Assembly (NCBI GenBank): GCA_027036135.1
Contig: JALVSY010000007.1
Coordinates: 356,880 to 420,879 of the forward strand
Length of the DNA stretch: 64,000 nt
Reading direction: 5' to 3'
Source of the DNA: Pyrodictiaceae archaeon
GTDB taxonomy: Archaea; Thermoproteota; Thermoprotei_A; Sulfolobales; Pyrodictiaceae
Below, piece after piece: positions 21,200 to 30,451 of the stretch; positions within the stretch are counted from its first letter, which is position 1, and each line of letters begins with the position of its first letter. The position numbers were made by a program, and so were the translations under genes. Under the pieces are notes generated by a model. The model did no database searches. It was given only the letters and a program-made list of their open reading frames with translations, and was not told the DNA's origin.

Positions 21200-21356
21200 C
21201 ATAGATACAATATCGAGAAGAGACAACGGTTAGATATAAGTTCGCCTTAATGCCTCATTAACCCCCTGGTTTTTATAGGTGCAAGCAAGATAGCCTATGA
21301 ATCTACACCGGGTCTCCTAGATACAGTGTACCGTGGACTATGGGTGCTACACTGCC

Positions 21357-21839
21357 ATGTTTTTCCGCAGCAAGAGGAGGACCGCGAGTCCCAGGGTACA
21401 GCTACTCGAGCTGGCAGTAGCTACTAGGTACGCAGTTTCAAGGCTTAGTCTCCTCGCTTCACGGCTCCGTTCGACATACGAAAGGACTAAGGATGAGTCC
21501 CTTAAAGCAATGCTGCAAAAGGTGCTCTATATGCAGGCCGTATTAGAGATAGCATCTGTCCGGCTTGAAACGCTCGCCGATATAGGACTTCTATCTTCAG
21601 AGGATCTCTCTATTCTTAAGCGCGTCGTCTCCGACTTAAAGGGTGCACAAGGCCTTGTAATGCCCGCTGTTTCTAGCATGCTTGCTGACCTCGACAATAT
21701 GATCTCGCACATGGCTTCTAGTGCTGGCATAGAATTGACTCCCCTAAACCCCGTGGTGGAGGAGCACGCAAAGAAGATAATGGAGGAGGCAAAACTCGTA
21801 GCTAATGAGCGCTTGAAGGAATATTTCCCGAGCACGTAG
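21357..21839 (+). CDS. ESCRT-III / CdvB-like paralog
   Basis: Helical; LE...RLETL and C-terminal AKKIMEEAK..A.ERLKEYFP typical of crenarchaeal CdvB paralogs. Confidence 0.6.
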   Translation: MFFRSKRRTASPRVQLLELAVATRYAVSRLSLLASRLRSTYERTKDESLKAMLQKVLYMQAVLEIASVRLETLADIGLLSSEDLSILKRVVSDLKGAQGLVMPAVSSMLADLDNMISHMASSAGIELTPLNPVVEEHAKKIMEEAKLVANERLKEYFPST

Positions 21840-21964
21840 ACTAGTAGGGAGAGAGCAGGCTATTAGCAACCTAATTTGTATCTTCTAAAAGAGGAAAAGA
21901 GTAGAGTCTTAGTATGTTTCTCGAGACTATTTGCATAAAGAAGACTTGGCCAGAGGCCTTTGAG

Positions 21965-22285
21965 ATGAGCCTTGAGGAAACCATTAGGGAGAAAATAATA
22001 AGAGTTCTCATGGAATCGCGTCGTCCACTAACTGCTAGAGAGATAGCCGAGGCCGTAGGGCTTGATCCTTACCGCGGCGAGGCAGAGGTCTACGAGCATT
22101 TGAGGCATATAGCGAAGACTCTTCGCAGAAGATATGGAGGCAGAGCGGTGCTATACATGATTCCTCCTCGGTGCAAAGACTGCGGCTACGTGTTTAAGGA
22201 TCTACGTGAGCCCCGAAAGCCTAGTAGGTGTCCTCGGTGCAAGAGCCAGCGCATAGAGCCCCCGAAATTCTATATAGAGACTTAG
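21965..22285 (+). CDS. HTH plus Zn-ribbon transcriptional regulator
   Basis: PLTAREIA...VYEHLRHIAKT...PPRCKDCGYVF...PSRCPRCKSQRIEPP. Confidence 0.85.
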   Translation: MSLEETIREKIIRVLMESRRPLTAREIAEAVGLDPYRGEAEVYEHLRHIAKTLRRRYGGRAVLYMIPPRCKDCGYVFKDLREPRKPSRCPRCKSQRIEPPKFYIET

Positions 22286-22290
22286 CCTAG

Positions 22291-22545
22291 GTGCTAATTC
22301 TCAGGGAGAACAGTATGAGAACTATATTGACTTGGTTCCGGGGAGAAAAAGAAATTGTTGCACGCACATACGATGACGACGGTAAACTGGTAGCCGAGAA
22401 AATCTACAATGATGTATACCTCATAGAGGCCAAGGTGCCGATACTCCTGCCCACCACATTGGTTAGGGATATACGTGTCCTCGTGCTTGATCGAAACGTT
22501 GAGCTAAGGAGGAAGGGCTCTATACTAGTTATTGAGCAGCGGTGA
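22291..22545 (+). CDS. Hypothetical protein
   Basis: ORF in a co-directional run. Confidence 0.55.
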   Translation: MLILRENSMRTILTWFRGEKEIVARTYDDDGKLVAEKIYNDVYLIEAKVPILLPTTLVRDIRVLVLDRNVELRRKGSILVIEQR

Positions 22546-22551
22546 TGAGCA

Positions 22552-22974
22552 GTGCTGGAAGCGCGTGTGGAGAGGAGTAAGAGCAGGAGCGGTAAGCACG
22601 CTGTACGTGACCTTGTGCTCCTTGCGTCGAGTAAGGGTGAGGTTAGGGAGCCTCACCCCCGTTTACAACAGCCGGCGAGACCTATCTATTCTCGGGGAGA
22701 GGCTTACCACGTGTACATAGACGTCCCTGAAGGATGGTACTTGGTACAAGTGCATCTTGTCCGAAATCTTCGTGGCCATGTTAAGGGCTATATAGAGGTC
22801 TATTCTAATACTGGCGAGAAGCTCTTTCGCGCCGTGTATCGCAAGCTAAAACTAAGGTATAGTGAAGGGAATCCACAATATGCATGGATTGTTCAACGTG
22901 TAGCAGACTACCTCAAGCTACCTGTAAAGAACATTAACCTTGTACCACACAGTTATCGGAGTATGAAGAAATAA
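22552..22974 (+). CDS. Conserved crenarchaeal hypothetical protein
   Basis: Basic ORF with SRSGKHA motif. Confidence 0.65.
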   Translation: MLEARVERSKSRSGKHAVRDLVLLASSKGEVREPHPRLQQPARPIYSRGEAYHVYIDVPEGWYLVQVHLVRNLRGHVKGYIEVYSNTGEKLFRAVYRKLKLRYSEGNPQYAWIVQRVADYLKLPVKNINLVPHSYRSMKK

Positions 22975-23003
22975 GGGCTTCTTTAAGCCACTCTAATAAG
23001 TGG

Positions 23004-23069
23004 CCGATGACCGGGGCCTCTAGCTAAGCCCGCCGCGAAAAGAGGGGCCATGACGTATTCACGGACCGG
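23004..23069 (+). ncRNA. Possible degenerate box C/D sRNA
   Basis: CCGATGA-ccggggcctctag-CTAA-hairpin-CCATGA-cgtattcacgga; second guide antisense to 16S GUGAAUACG. Confidence 0.4.
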
Positions 23070-23084
23070 GGGAGGCGCTTCGTC

Positions 23085-23400
23085 TTGAGCAAGCATGTTA
23101 TGCGACTACTTACAGAGAAGGAGATAAAACATATGCTCATCCAGGCCGCTAAGAACCAAGGTGTGTCTCTACAGGATATTGTTGAGTGGCTTTTACTACG
23201 AGGCTGGTATACGGGCGCGTCCTTCTTGGAGTGATGTTGAGAAGAAGGTTCTTAGTAATGATGTTGATCCACGATCACTGGCTTCATTTCTCCTCGAGCA
23301 AGGTGTAGAAATAGATGAGGAGGAGTGGTTGAGAATACTTGACAAGTACTCCGGTCTCGAGGAGCCTAGATTTCTTAGGCGAGGAGAGAGAAGCAAATGA
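23085..23400 (+). CDS. Hypothetical protein split by a +1 frameshift near 23190-23194
   Basis: SD ggagg plus TTG 23085 gives MSKHVMRLLTEKEIKHMLIQAAKNQGVSLQDIVEW, which continues as YYEAGIRARPSW... in the +1 frame. Confidence 0.55.
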
Positions 23401-23990
23401 GGTGCAAGCCTGAAATAAATGAGTTCTTAGAGATAATACTAGGTTCCAAGTACGGTGTCTCTGAGCTAGTTTCAGCTCTTCTGGCTATAAGGGACTTCGA
23501 GCCCATTGGGCGAACCATGCTTTCTCGAATACTTGGGCTAGGGGATAAGAAAACAAGGAACCTGGTAAAGGCTCTTGAAGCCCTCGGCTTAGTAAGGGTT
23601 ACCCGTGCAGGGTCAAGCCTGACTAGCCGTGCTAGCATGTTCCTCAGGCTAATCAAGTGCTTTGACTCGCGTGGTTTCACGGTCTCACTAGTTCCTTGCG
23701 ATATCAGTGATGTAAATATTCTCTTTCTACGAGATAGGCTTATCATGTTGCTTGGAGACCCAGCGCTCCTTGTGGCAATTGGGTATTCCAGTAATTCTCG
23801 TATAGAGTTCCCCGGTGTACCACTAAGGCTTCAAAATGAGTTATCAAATATTGTAAGGGCGTTCACAGGAGCCGGGAACGAGGCTATAGCGCTTTTTGGG
23901 GCGAGGAAATGCTATGTTTGTTGCTCTAGCTTCTTACAAGCATTGATGGCCTCTCCTAGGCGATCGGCTACAATATCGCGTAGCCTCTGA
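23397..23990 (+). CDS. Winged-HTH protein
   Basis: PIGRTMLSRILGLGDKKTRNLVKALEALGLV..TRAGSSLT. Confidence 0.7.
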   Translation: MRCKPEINEFLEIILGSKYGVSELVSALLAIRDFEPIGRTMLSRILGLGDKKTRNLVKALEALGLVRVTRAGSSLTSRASMFLRLIKCFDSRGFTVSLVPCDISDVNILFLRDRLIMLLGDPALLVAIGYSSNSRIEFPGVPLRLQNELSNIVRAFTGAGNEAIALFGARKCYVCCSSFLQALMASPRRSATISRSL

Positions 23991-24487
23991 GCTGCATCAA
24001 TCCTCTCAAGAATATTGGCTACTGGCGGTGGAACGAGGTTACGCCAGTAATCGCTCCCCATTAGTAGTTTGCAGCGCACCATCTCGCCGCGCCACTTGTC
24101 TCGGCGAAGAAGCGGAGGCGTTACAGTCTTTATTCCTGCGTCGCGAAAAGCGCGTGCGACAGCTGGGTTAGCTGTGGCAACAGCTATTACAGGAGGAACA
24201 AAGGATAAGACGTATAATGCGTTTCCCATGAATATTCTGAGAGTATGAATGGTGGCCGTAATCACCCTTGATGCTTGGATCCCGCTCCACTTAATCGTCT
24301 CGTGTATCATTAGTAGTCTCTCGCCCGCGGTAAAGGGGTTTAGCCAAGTATGGCTCTCATCACTCATCCCGACAAGTACAACGACCTCGTCAAAGCGCTC
24401 CAGGAGCCACTTCAGCGCCTCAAAATGACCGTAGTGGAATGGCTGAAAGCGTCCAAAGAACAATACTCTGCTGGCATCACGGCTCAA
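23912..24487 (-). CDS. nadM: Nicotinamide-nucleotide adenylyltransferase
   Basis: GRFQPFHYGH, NPFTAGER and WRNLVP. Confidence 0.9.
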   Translation of the reverse strand: MSRDASRVLFFGRFQPFHYGHFEALKWLLERFDEVVVLVGMSDESHTWLNPFTAGERLLMIHETIKWSGIQASRVITATIHTLRIFMGNALYVLSFVPPVIAVATANPAVARAFRDAGIKTVTPPLLRRDKWRGEMVRCKLLMGSDYWRNLVPPPVANILERIDAAQRLRDIVADRLGEAINACKKLEQQT

Positions 24488-24585
24488 GGTCCGTGGTCAC
24501 CCGGGGACGCGCCATCTAGGATTCTTAACTGGAACAAGAAAAGCTAATCTAATTAGCTCTGCACGGTGAATGTAAAGGGGCTAAG

Positions 24586-25725
24586 ATGGAGAAGGTATGT
24601 TTCATTGTTAATCCGTTGGCGGGGATAGGCGGGCCTCTAGGCCTTAAGGGTAGTGACGGGGAGGCTGGGCTTGAGGCTCTCCGGCGTGGAGCGAGACTAG
24701 TTGCTCCCAGTAGGGCTAGGGAGTTCATAGCTGAGGCTAAGAGAATAGGGGTACTGGATAAGGTTATAGTACTTACCGCTAATGGGTTAATGGGAGAGGA
24801 CGAGCTGAGGAGCGAGGGGTACCAGAGCCCAATCATAGTCTACAAGTATGAGACGTTCCCGACGAGGGTTGAGGATACAAAGAGGACTATTACTAAGTGT
24901 CTCAGAGAGGGGGCCGAGCTAATAGTATTTGTGGGCGGTGATGGAACTGCACGAGATGTTCTCTCTGCGCTAAAGCGAGCCGGGAGCACTGATACACCTC
25001 TGCTCGGGGTACCTGGAGGAGTAAAGATGTACAGCTCTGTATTCGCGGAGAACCCGAGAGCGGCTGCCCACGTTCTCCACGAATGGCTAGAGAACCCATC
25101 AACTTGTGAGGCGGAGATACTAGACATAGATGAAGAGGCATTTAGGCGTGGAGAGCTCCGCGTACGGCTCTATGGATACGCGCGCACTCCCTGTAGCAGG
25201 TTTCTCGTCGGCTCCTCTAAGCAACCAAGCCTTGGAACACCAGACGAGGAGGAAAACAAGGAAGGCATCGCCCGCTACGTAGTAGAGAACATGGAGCACT
25301 GTACTCTCTATGTGCTAGGGCCTGGCTCAACTACCGCAAAGATAGCTGAGCTAATGAAGGCTCCGAAGACGCTGCTAGGGGTTGATGTATACCATAATGG
25401 TAGGCTTGTTGCAAGCGATGTTGACGAGGAGACACTATACAATATTGTCAGCGATCATGTCAAGAGAGGCGGGAAAGTAAAGATAATTGTGTCGCCGATA
25501 GGTGGGCAGGGCTACATACTTGGACGGGGGAATCAGCAGATTTCTCCGCGTATAATCAGGCTAGTAGGGAAGGAGAACATAATAGTTATAGCAACTCATT
25601 CGAAAATAGCACGGCTTAAAAAGCTAAGAATAGACACTGGTGACCCTGAGCTAGACAAGGGTCTCCGAGGCTATATCCGCGTAGTAGTTGACTATGGCGA
25701 GGAATACGTCATGAAGATTGAGTAG
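24586..25725 (+). CDS. ATP-NAD kinase-like family protein
   Basis: NPLAGIGG.. LKGSDG, GGDGTARD, GVKMYS and GRGNQQ. Confidence 0.85.
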   Translation: MEKVCFIVNPLAGIGGPLGLKGSDGEAGLEALRRGARLVAPSRAREFIAEAKRIGVLDKVIVLTANGLMGEDELRSEGYQSPIIVYKYETFPTRVEDTKRTITKCLREGAELIVFVGGDGTARDVLSALKRAGSTDTPLLGVPGGVKMYSSVFAENPRAAAHVLHEWLENPSTCEAEILDIDEEAFRRGELRVRLYGYARTPCSRFLVGSSKQPSLGTPDEEENKEGIARYVVENMEHCTLYVLGPGSTTAKIAELMKAPKTLLGVDVYHNGRLVASDVDEETLYNIVSDHVKRGGKVKIIVSPIGGQGYILGRGNQQISPRIIRLVGKENIIVIATHSKIARLKKLRIDTGDPELDKGLRGYIRVVVDYGEEYVMKIE

Positions 25726-25740
25726 GAGGGGATTTATCCC

Positions 25741-26337
25741 TTGTATACTCTCGGCAGAGAGGAAATAGAGCTACCCGAGCCTGCCTCCATAGCCGTAGCT
25801 GTTCTCGCAATTGCCTTCGGGTTCGAGGGAAAAGATCTAGTTAACATAGTGCATCACCCCCTCGGTATAGCTGGGGGAGTACTACTCGGCGCCATACTGG
25901 GTTTCATACTCCACGAGTACGCCCATAGATATGTAGCCGCCAAGGAGTCATGCTTTGCTAGGTTCACACTCTCCAAGACCGGGCTCTTGGTAACATTCTT
26001 CTCAGGGCTCTTAGTGAGCACAGGTATACCATTTGTAATACTAGCTCCAGGTTACGTCAAGATAGCGTTCTGCTGGGGTACTCCCCGCGAGGAAAACATA
26101 GCTATAGCTGGCCCTGCAACCAATATCGCTCTAGCCATAATTGCTGCCGCGTTAAGACCCGCCATACCAGGGTATAGTGGATTAATATCAGGCTTCGCCG
26201 GCATAAATGCCTGGTTCGCGCTCTTCAACCTTCTACCGTTCTACCCGCTGGACGGCTCAAAGATATTTAGAAGAAACCTAGCAGTCTGGATGATAATGAT
26301 ACTAGTTGCAGCATACCTAGCGGTTACAACCATATAG
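25741..26337 (+). CDS. Site-2 protease (peptidase M50)
   Basis: HEYAH, IAIAGPATN and FNLLPFYPLDG. Confidence 0.9.
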   Translation: MYTLGREEIELPEPASIAVAVLAIAFGFEGKDLVNIVHHPLGIAGGVLLGAILGFILHEYAHRYVAAKESCFARFTLSKTGLLVTFFSGLLVSTGIPFVILAPGYVKIAFCWGTPREENIAIAGPATNIALAIIAAALRPAIPGYSGLISGFAGINAWFALFNLLPFYPLDGSKIFRRNLAVWMIMILVAAYLAVTTI

Positions 26338-26343
26338 CTTTTT

Positions 26344-27069
26344 CTAGTATAAAAGGGTATAGTATATTCGCTTCCTCCTCCTACCCCTGCTCTCAAGCTT
26401 AACTATCTTTATCCCAGGTATCTCGCATGTATTCCTGACATGTGGTCCTCCATCAGCCTGTATATCAACGCCGGGTATCTCAACTATTCGGAGCTTCTCA
26501 ACACTTGGTGGAAGCCTGTCAGCTAGCTTAACTATGCCAGGTATACGGAGAGCCTCTTCACGAGGAAGCCAGTAAATCTTGACCCTAATGCATCTCTGCA
26601 TGATGTTATTAGTCTCCTCAACAGCGTCACTGATAGCTTTCTTCCAATCACCTACATGTATCTCGAAGTCATCGCGGGCAACATCCGGTGAAATATGTCC
26701 GCCGGTGACGCGGGCACCATACTTATTGTAGAGCACTGCTGCTAGCACATGACTAGCTGTATGTAGTTGCATCATTCTATACCGACGATTCCAGTCAATA
26801 ACGCCGTGAACTCGTGTACCAGGCCCTATGGCCTCAACATCTCCCTCAACAACATGGGCTACATCATCGTTATCCATAACCGTGTCTACTACTCGTAGCT
26901 CAACCCCATTCTCTGCTATTAGCTTACCAGTATCCGCGTCAAGGCCCCCGCTCGGCCTAGGATGAAAAGCCGTAGCATCAAGGAAGACCTTGTTGCCCTC
27001 AATCCTTGTAACAACCGCGTCAAACTCACGCATATAGCTATCTTGTTGGAAGAGAAGCTTAGCAGGCAT
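26344..27069 (-). CDS. alaX: Alanyl-tRNA editing protein AlaX-M
   Basis: DSYMREFDA, RMMQLHTASH and DGGPHV. Confidence 0.9.
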   Translation of the reverse strand: MPAKLLFQQDSYMREFDAVVTRIEGNKVFLDATAFHPRPSGGLDADTGKLIAENGVELRVVDTVMDNDDVAHVVEGDVEAIGPGTRVHGVIDWNRRYRMMQLHTASHVLAAVLYNKYGARVTGGHISPDVARDDFEIHVGDWKKAISDAVEETNNIMQRCIRVKIYWLPREEALRIPGIVKLADRLPPSVEKLRIVEIPGVDIQADGGPHVRNTCEIPGIKIVKLESRGRRRKRIYYTLLY

Positions 27070-27108
27070 TACCTAGGCCACCAAGTACTCTACTACGCTT
27101 TCACAGTC

Positions 27109-27966
27109 TTAAGCGATTATCCTAGCTATCTCGCTTTTCTCTAGCAACTCGCCGAGCTCCCGAGGAGAACTTGCGGGCGGGACATCCACGATGATATAAG
27201 CGCTATAACGTGCCACTGATAGCAAGCTACTTGACCTAATACTTCTATCTCCTAGCAATTCTATAGCTTGTCTCAGTTTCTCCCCGGTGAATACAAGGGC
27301 CTTACCCGGCGCAACTAGAATGAGGAAATCAACACTATTCTCGACTCCACTATAAGGCAACAAGGAATCAGAGAAAGACTCTATAATGACAATATCCTTC
27401 TTAGCGCTTATGCGCTCCCTGCATTCCTCGAGAAGCGTGGATGCCTCGCTAGAAGCCAGGAATCCTAGAAACGATTTAGCATCGGATCTTTCTGCTCTCA
27501 GTAACTTAGCTAGCTCTACTAGCTTTTGCCTAGCAGCGCTGGGAACCAAGGAGAGATTCTCAACAAACACATAGTGACGCGTATCTGCTTCGTTGGTACA
27601 CCTGGTTACTCGCGCCATTACAAGCGACTTTTCTAGGCTAGATACGGATAACAGGTACTCACTAAAACCATGAAGCACCAAGGGATCAGGATACGCTATC
27701 AATAAATCAATAGGGTTCACAAAGCCCAGATCATCCAATGTGCCAAGATACTCCTCGTACATGAGCACATCGTTCCCGAGCAATATTCCACGCTTCTTAG
27801 ACTCAATAATAGAGCCGAACTTGTTCCAGAAACTATGCCCCGCCACAGGCTTATACATACCAACACTGAGGCCACGCCGCTTAGCAACAAGACCCAAACT
27901 GATACTGAGCCAAGTCTTCCCGGAATCGTATTCGAGTACCCCACTAACAATCACTGTTAGTGCCAT
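27109..27966 (-). CDS. Predicted P-loop ATPase (archaeal, BioD/CobQ-like)
   Basis: GVLEYDSGKT, YKPVAGH, NPIDLL and IIESF. Confidence 0.75.
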   Translation of the reverse strand: MALTVIVSGVLEYDSGKTWLSISLGLVAKRRGLSVGMYKPVAGHSFWNKFGSIIESKKRGILLGNDVLMYEEYLGTLDDLGFVNPIDLLIAYPDPLVLHGFSEYLLSVSSLEKSLVMARVTRCTNEADTRHYVFVENLSLVPSAARQKLVELAKLLRAERSDAKSFLGFLASSEASTLLEECRERISAKKDIVIIESFSDSLLPYSGVENSVDFLILVAPGKALVFTGEKLRQAIELLGDRSIRSSSLLSVARYSAYIIVDVPPASSPRELGELLEKSEIARIIA

Positions 27967-28046
27967 GAGGCCCCCACTTTACTGTATTACTTAGGGCTAA
28001 GCCACAAGCAGAAAAGATTAACTATAATCTAGTATGCGGGGACTGA

Positions 28047-28820
28047 ATGACCAAGAGGATAAGCATAGCCAGTAACACAGCCAGCTGGGACGAGGCATCA
28101 ATAGATACAATAGAGACCAATCAAGCAAAGAAGAATAAGCCGAGAAGCAAGCTAGTGGAAGCAATAGCGGTACTGTTGCTCGCTAGACCCATGCGTGCAT
28201 CGGAAATAGCACAGGTTGTTGGAAAGCCAACACGCTACATCAGTAGCTACCTTAGCTACTGGAAGACCAGAGGTCTCTTCGAGTACGATAATGGGTTCTG
28301 GATCCTAACTCCACAGGGAGAGGAATTTGCACGAAATATACTCGAACGAGAAATGAACTCGAGAGTTGCACAATACGCGGCCCTAGCAAGACAAATACTA
28401 GTTTCAACACAAGAAGAAAACATACACCAGGCAATAAACAGCAAAAAACAAGCACCACCCAGCCCTGTCTCAGGCCAGCTCCAGTCATTCATTGCTAGCT
28501 TTACCAACAATAGTGACAATAAACGGCAAAAGAAGCGTCCACGAAAACTCTGCGTAAGAGCGATAATAGAGGACCTAGAGCTCGAAGAGGACGAACGAAT
28601 AGTCATGGAAGCCCTAATGGAGCACTACCTAAAATGGAACATGACCTATACTTACCTAGACCAGCTTGAAAAACAACTAGAGGCAGATAGAACATGGCTA
28701 TTCATGGTGCTTAGAAGCCTACAAGCAAAAGGACTAATCTACATATACAATGATCGCAGACTCGGAACAAGAATAGGGCTATCAAAGAACACGAAGAAGT
28801 ACCTAGCACTCTGTAACTAG
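28047..28820 (+). CDS. whiP: Winged-helix replication initiator WhiP
   Basis: PRSKLVEAIAVLLLARPMRASEIA...YISSYLSYWKTRG N-terminal wHTH plus C-terminal wHTH (LRSLQAKGLIYIY). Confidence 0.8.
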   Translation: MTKRISIASNTASWDEASIDTIETNQAKKNKPRSKLVEAIAVLLLARPMRASEIAQVVGKPTRYISSYLSYWKTRGLFEYDNGFWILTPQGEEFARNILEREMNSRVAQYAALARQILVSTQEENIHQAINSKKQAPPSPVSGQLQSFIASFTNNSDNKRQKKRPRKLCVRAIIEDLELEEDERIVMEALMEHYLKWNMTYTYLDQLEKQLEADRTWLFMVLRSLQAKGLIYIYNDRRLGTRIGLSKNTKKYLALCN

Positions 28821-29246
28821 TATACTCTACTCTCACAAATAACAAGTCAAAGAGGTATTCTTGTCACGGGAATACCTAAACAAAGATTCGAACGCCTCTC
28901 GCATCCATTGTTCGCATTAACATTATTCAAATTATCTCATCAGTATCCATTATACAGTTTATACAAACCGACAATAAATCCTATAATAAAGTGAGTGCCA
29001 AGACCTTGTTACAAAGCCTATAATGACTATACACTCATGAATACACCATAGCAATGAGAATCTTTGTCTATAGTTGTAGTAGATACTGCACTCTAGGCCA
29101 TGGAGACAGATAATTATGCAGCTCTAAGAATAATAGGGCAAAAGTCCTATTCCCAAGCCATGTGTTCACTACAATTCTATTTGTTTTAAATGCAGAGGAA
29201 TGATATAGTGAATTTGGCAGAGTGCCAGGGGAAGAGTCTATGTCTC
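28821..29246. other. Candidate WhiP-associated replication origin
   Basis: AT-rich, ORF-free gap between convergent genes next to whiP; inverted repeat AGGTATTC/GAATACCT at 28853-28877; weak ORB-like TGCAGAGGAA (29191) and CCAGGGGAA (29225). Confidence 0.55.
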
Positions 29247-29468
29247 TTAAAGACCAAAAGCTTTCCTCCTATTCCTTAGCTTGATTCTCCAGTATAGGTC
29301 ACGTGTTTTTGGCGATGATCTTGTTTCAAGGATTTTTCCCGTGCTTGTAATAAAGTATATTCTATCCCCGCGTATTTCTGCGTCAACTAGGTCTTCAAAA
29401 TGTGATAAATCGGATATAATGTTTTCCTTGTTTCGTGAAGAGTAGAAATCGAGTGATCTCTTATTCAA
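29247..29468 (-). CDS. Small hypothetical protein
   Basis: 73-aa ORF with upstream TATA-like element. Confidence 0.55.
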   Translation of the reverse strand: MNKRSLDFYSSRNKENIISDLSHFEDLVDAEIRGDRIYFITSTGKILETRSSPKTRDLYWRIKLRNRRKAFGL

Positions 29469-29548
29469 GGGTGTTCCCGTCCCTCGTATATAGAATTAAT
29501 TTAATGTACTGGTTTATTTAAGCTTGATGCATATGAGTAGTACGGGGG

Positions 29549-29604
29549 ATGCGGAGGCCGATTTATCCTGACTAGGAGCATGTGATGAGTGGAGACCTCG
29601 CCGA
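29549..29604 (+). ncRNA. Box C/D sRNA
   Basis: ATGCGGA-12nt-CTGA...GTGATGA-12nt-CCGA with upstream TATA (tttatttaa). Confidence 0.65.
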
Positions 29605-29648
29605 AACCCTTTTACTTCCATAAAATGAAAAGAGGTAGTGTGTTTGTG

Positions 29649-30425
29649 TTAGTATAGTTCCTCTAGTTTTTGTTTTATTATTTTTTCTGCCTCTTCTTTC
29701 TCTATTTTCTTGTATTTTAGCTCATTTGCTTTTTGCGCTATTAGTGAAGGCGATGCTATTAGTTTCTCGAGGTCTGTTTCAATGAGCGCCTCGGCTCTAT
29801 AGGCCTCTTTCCCATAGACTATTATGAATGTTGTCTTTGTTTTGTCTTCGCTAGGTGCTAGTATTGCTAAGCCAGTGTTCTCGCCCCTATCGTTCTTTAG
29901 GAGTGCGAGTCCCTCTCCGTTCTTAGTCTTTCCAACAACTAGAGCATCCGCTATCGTCACTGGCGGTGATAGTTCCTCTTCGCGCTTCAGGGCTGCTTCT
30001 CTCCGGGCTGCTACCTCTTTCTCAACTTCCCTTTCTTTTGCCTCTGTCCAGGCTCTTTCCTCCTCTGTTACTGGTCTAGCCAGTACCTCCTTTGCGGCCT
30101 CTATGACCTCTTTGACGGCCTTCTCTACTTCTTTGTCAGGTATTCTTCTGAATGCTTCTACTCTTAGTGTGTCGAGTTTCCACTCGATGTCCCCGTCCCT
30201 TAGCTCGTACTCTATCCTGACTCTTACAACGTCTCCCTTGTCCAGCTTTAGCTTGTTTACCAGTATCTCGAATAGGAGGCGGTTAAGCTCTCCCGCCCGG
30301 TACGCGACTTGTCTCGACTCTATCTTGCCTGACCTTATCTCATCCCTGAGCTGCGCGAAGAGTACTCTCCGAATCTTGTCCGCATATGCACCAGCTATTA
30401 CGAGGCCCGAGGAGAGCTGGGGCAT
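29649..30425 (-). CDS. ThermoDBP-related (DUF2258) nucleic-acid-binding protein
   Basis: LSSGLVIAGAYADKIRRVLFAQ...GELNRLLF...DKGDVVRVRIEYE. Confidence 0.8.
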   Translation of the reverse strand: MPQLSSGLVIAGAYADKIRRVLFAQLRDEIRSGKIESRQVAYRAGELNRLLFEILVNKLKLDKGDVVRVRIEYELRDGDIEWKLDTLRVEAFRRIPDKEVEKAVKEVIEAAKEVLARPVTEEERAWTEAKEREVEKEVAARREAALKREEELSPPVTIADALVVGKTKNGEGLALLKNDRGENTGLAILAPSEDKTKTTFIIVYGKEAYRAEALIETDLEKLIASPSLIAQKANELKYKKIEKEEAEKIIKQKLEELY

Positions 30426-30451
30426 AACTACCGCCGCTAAGGGAATTAGAT

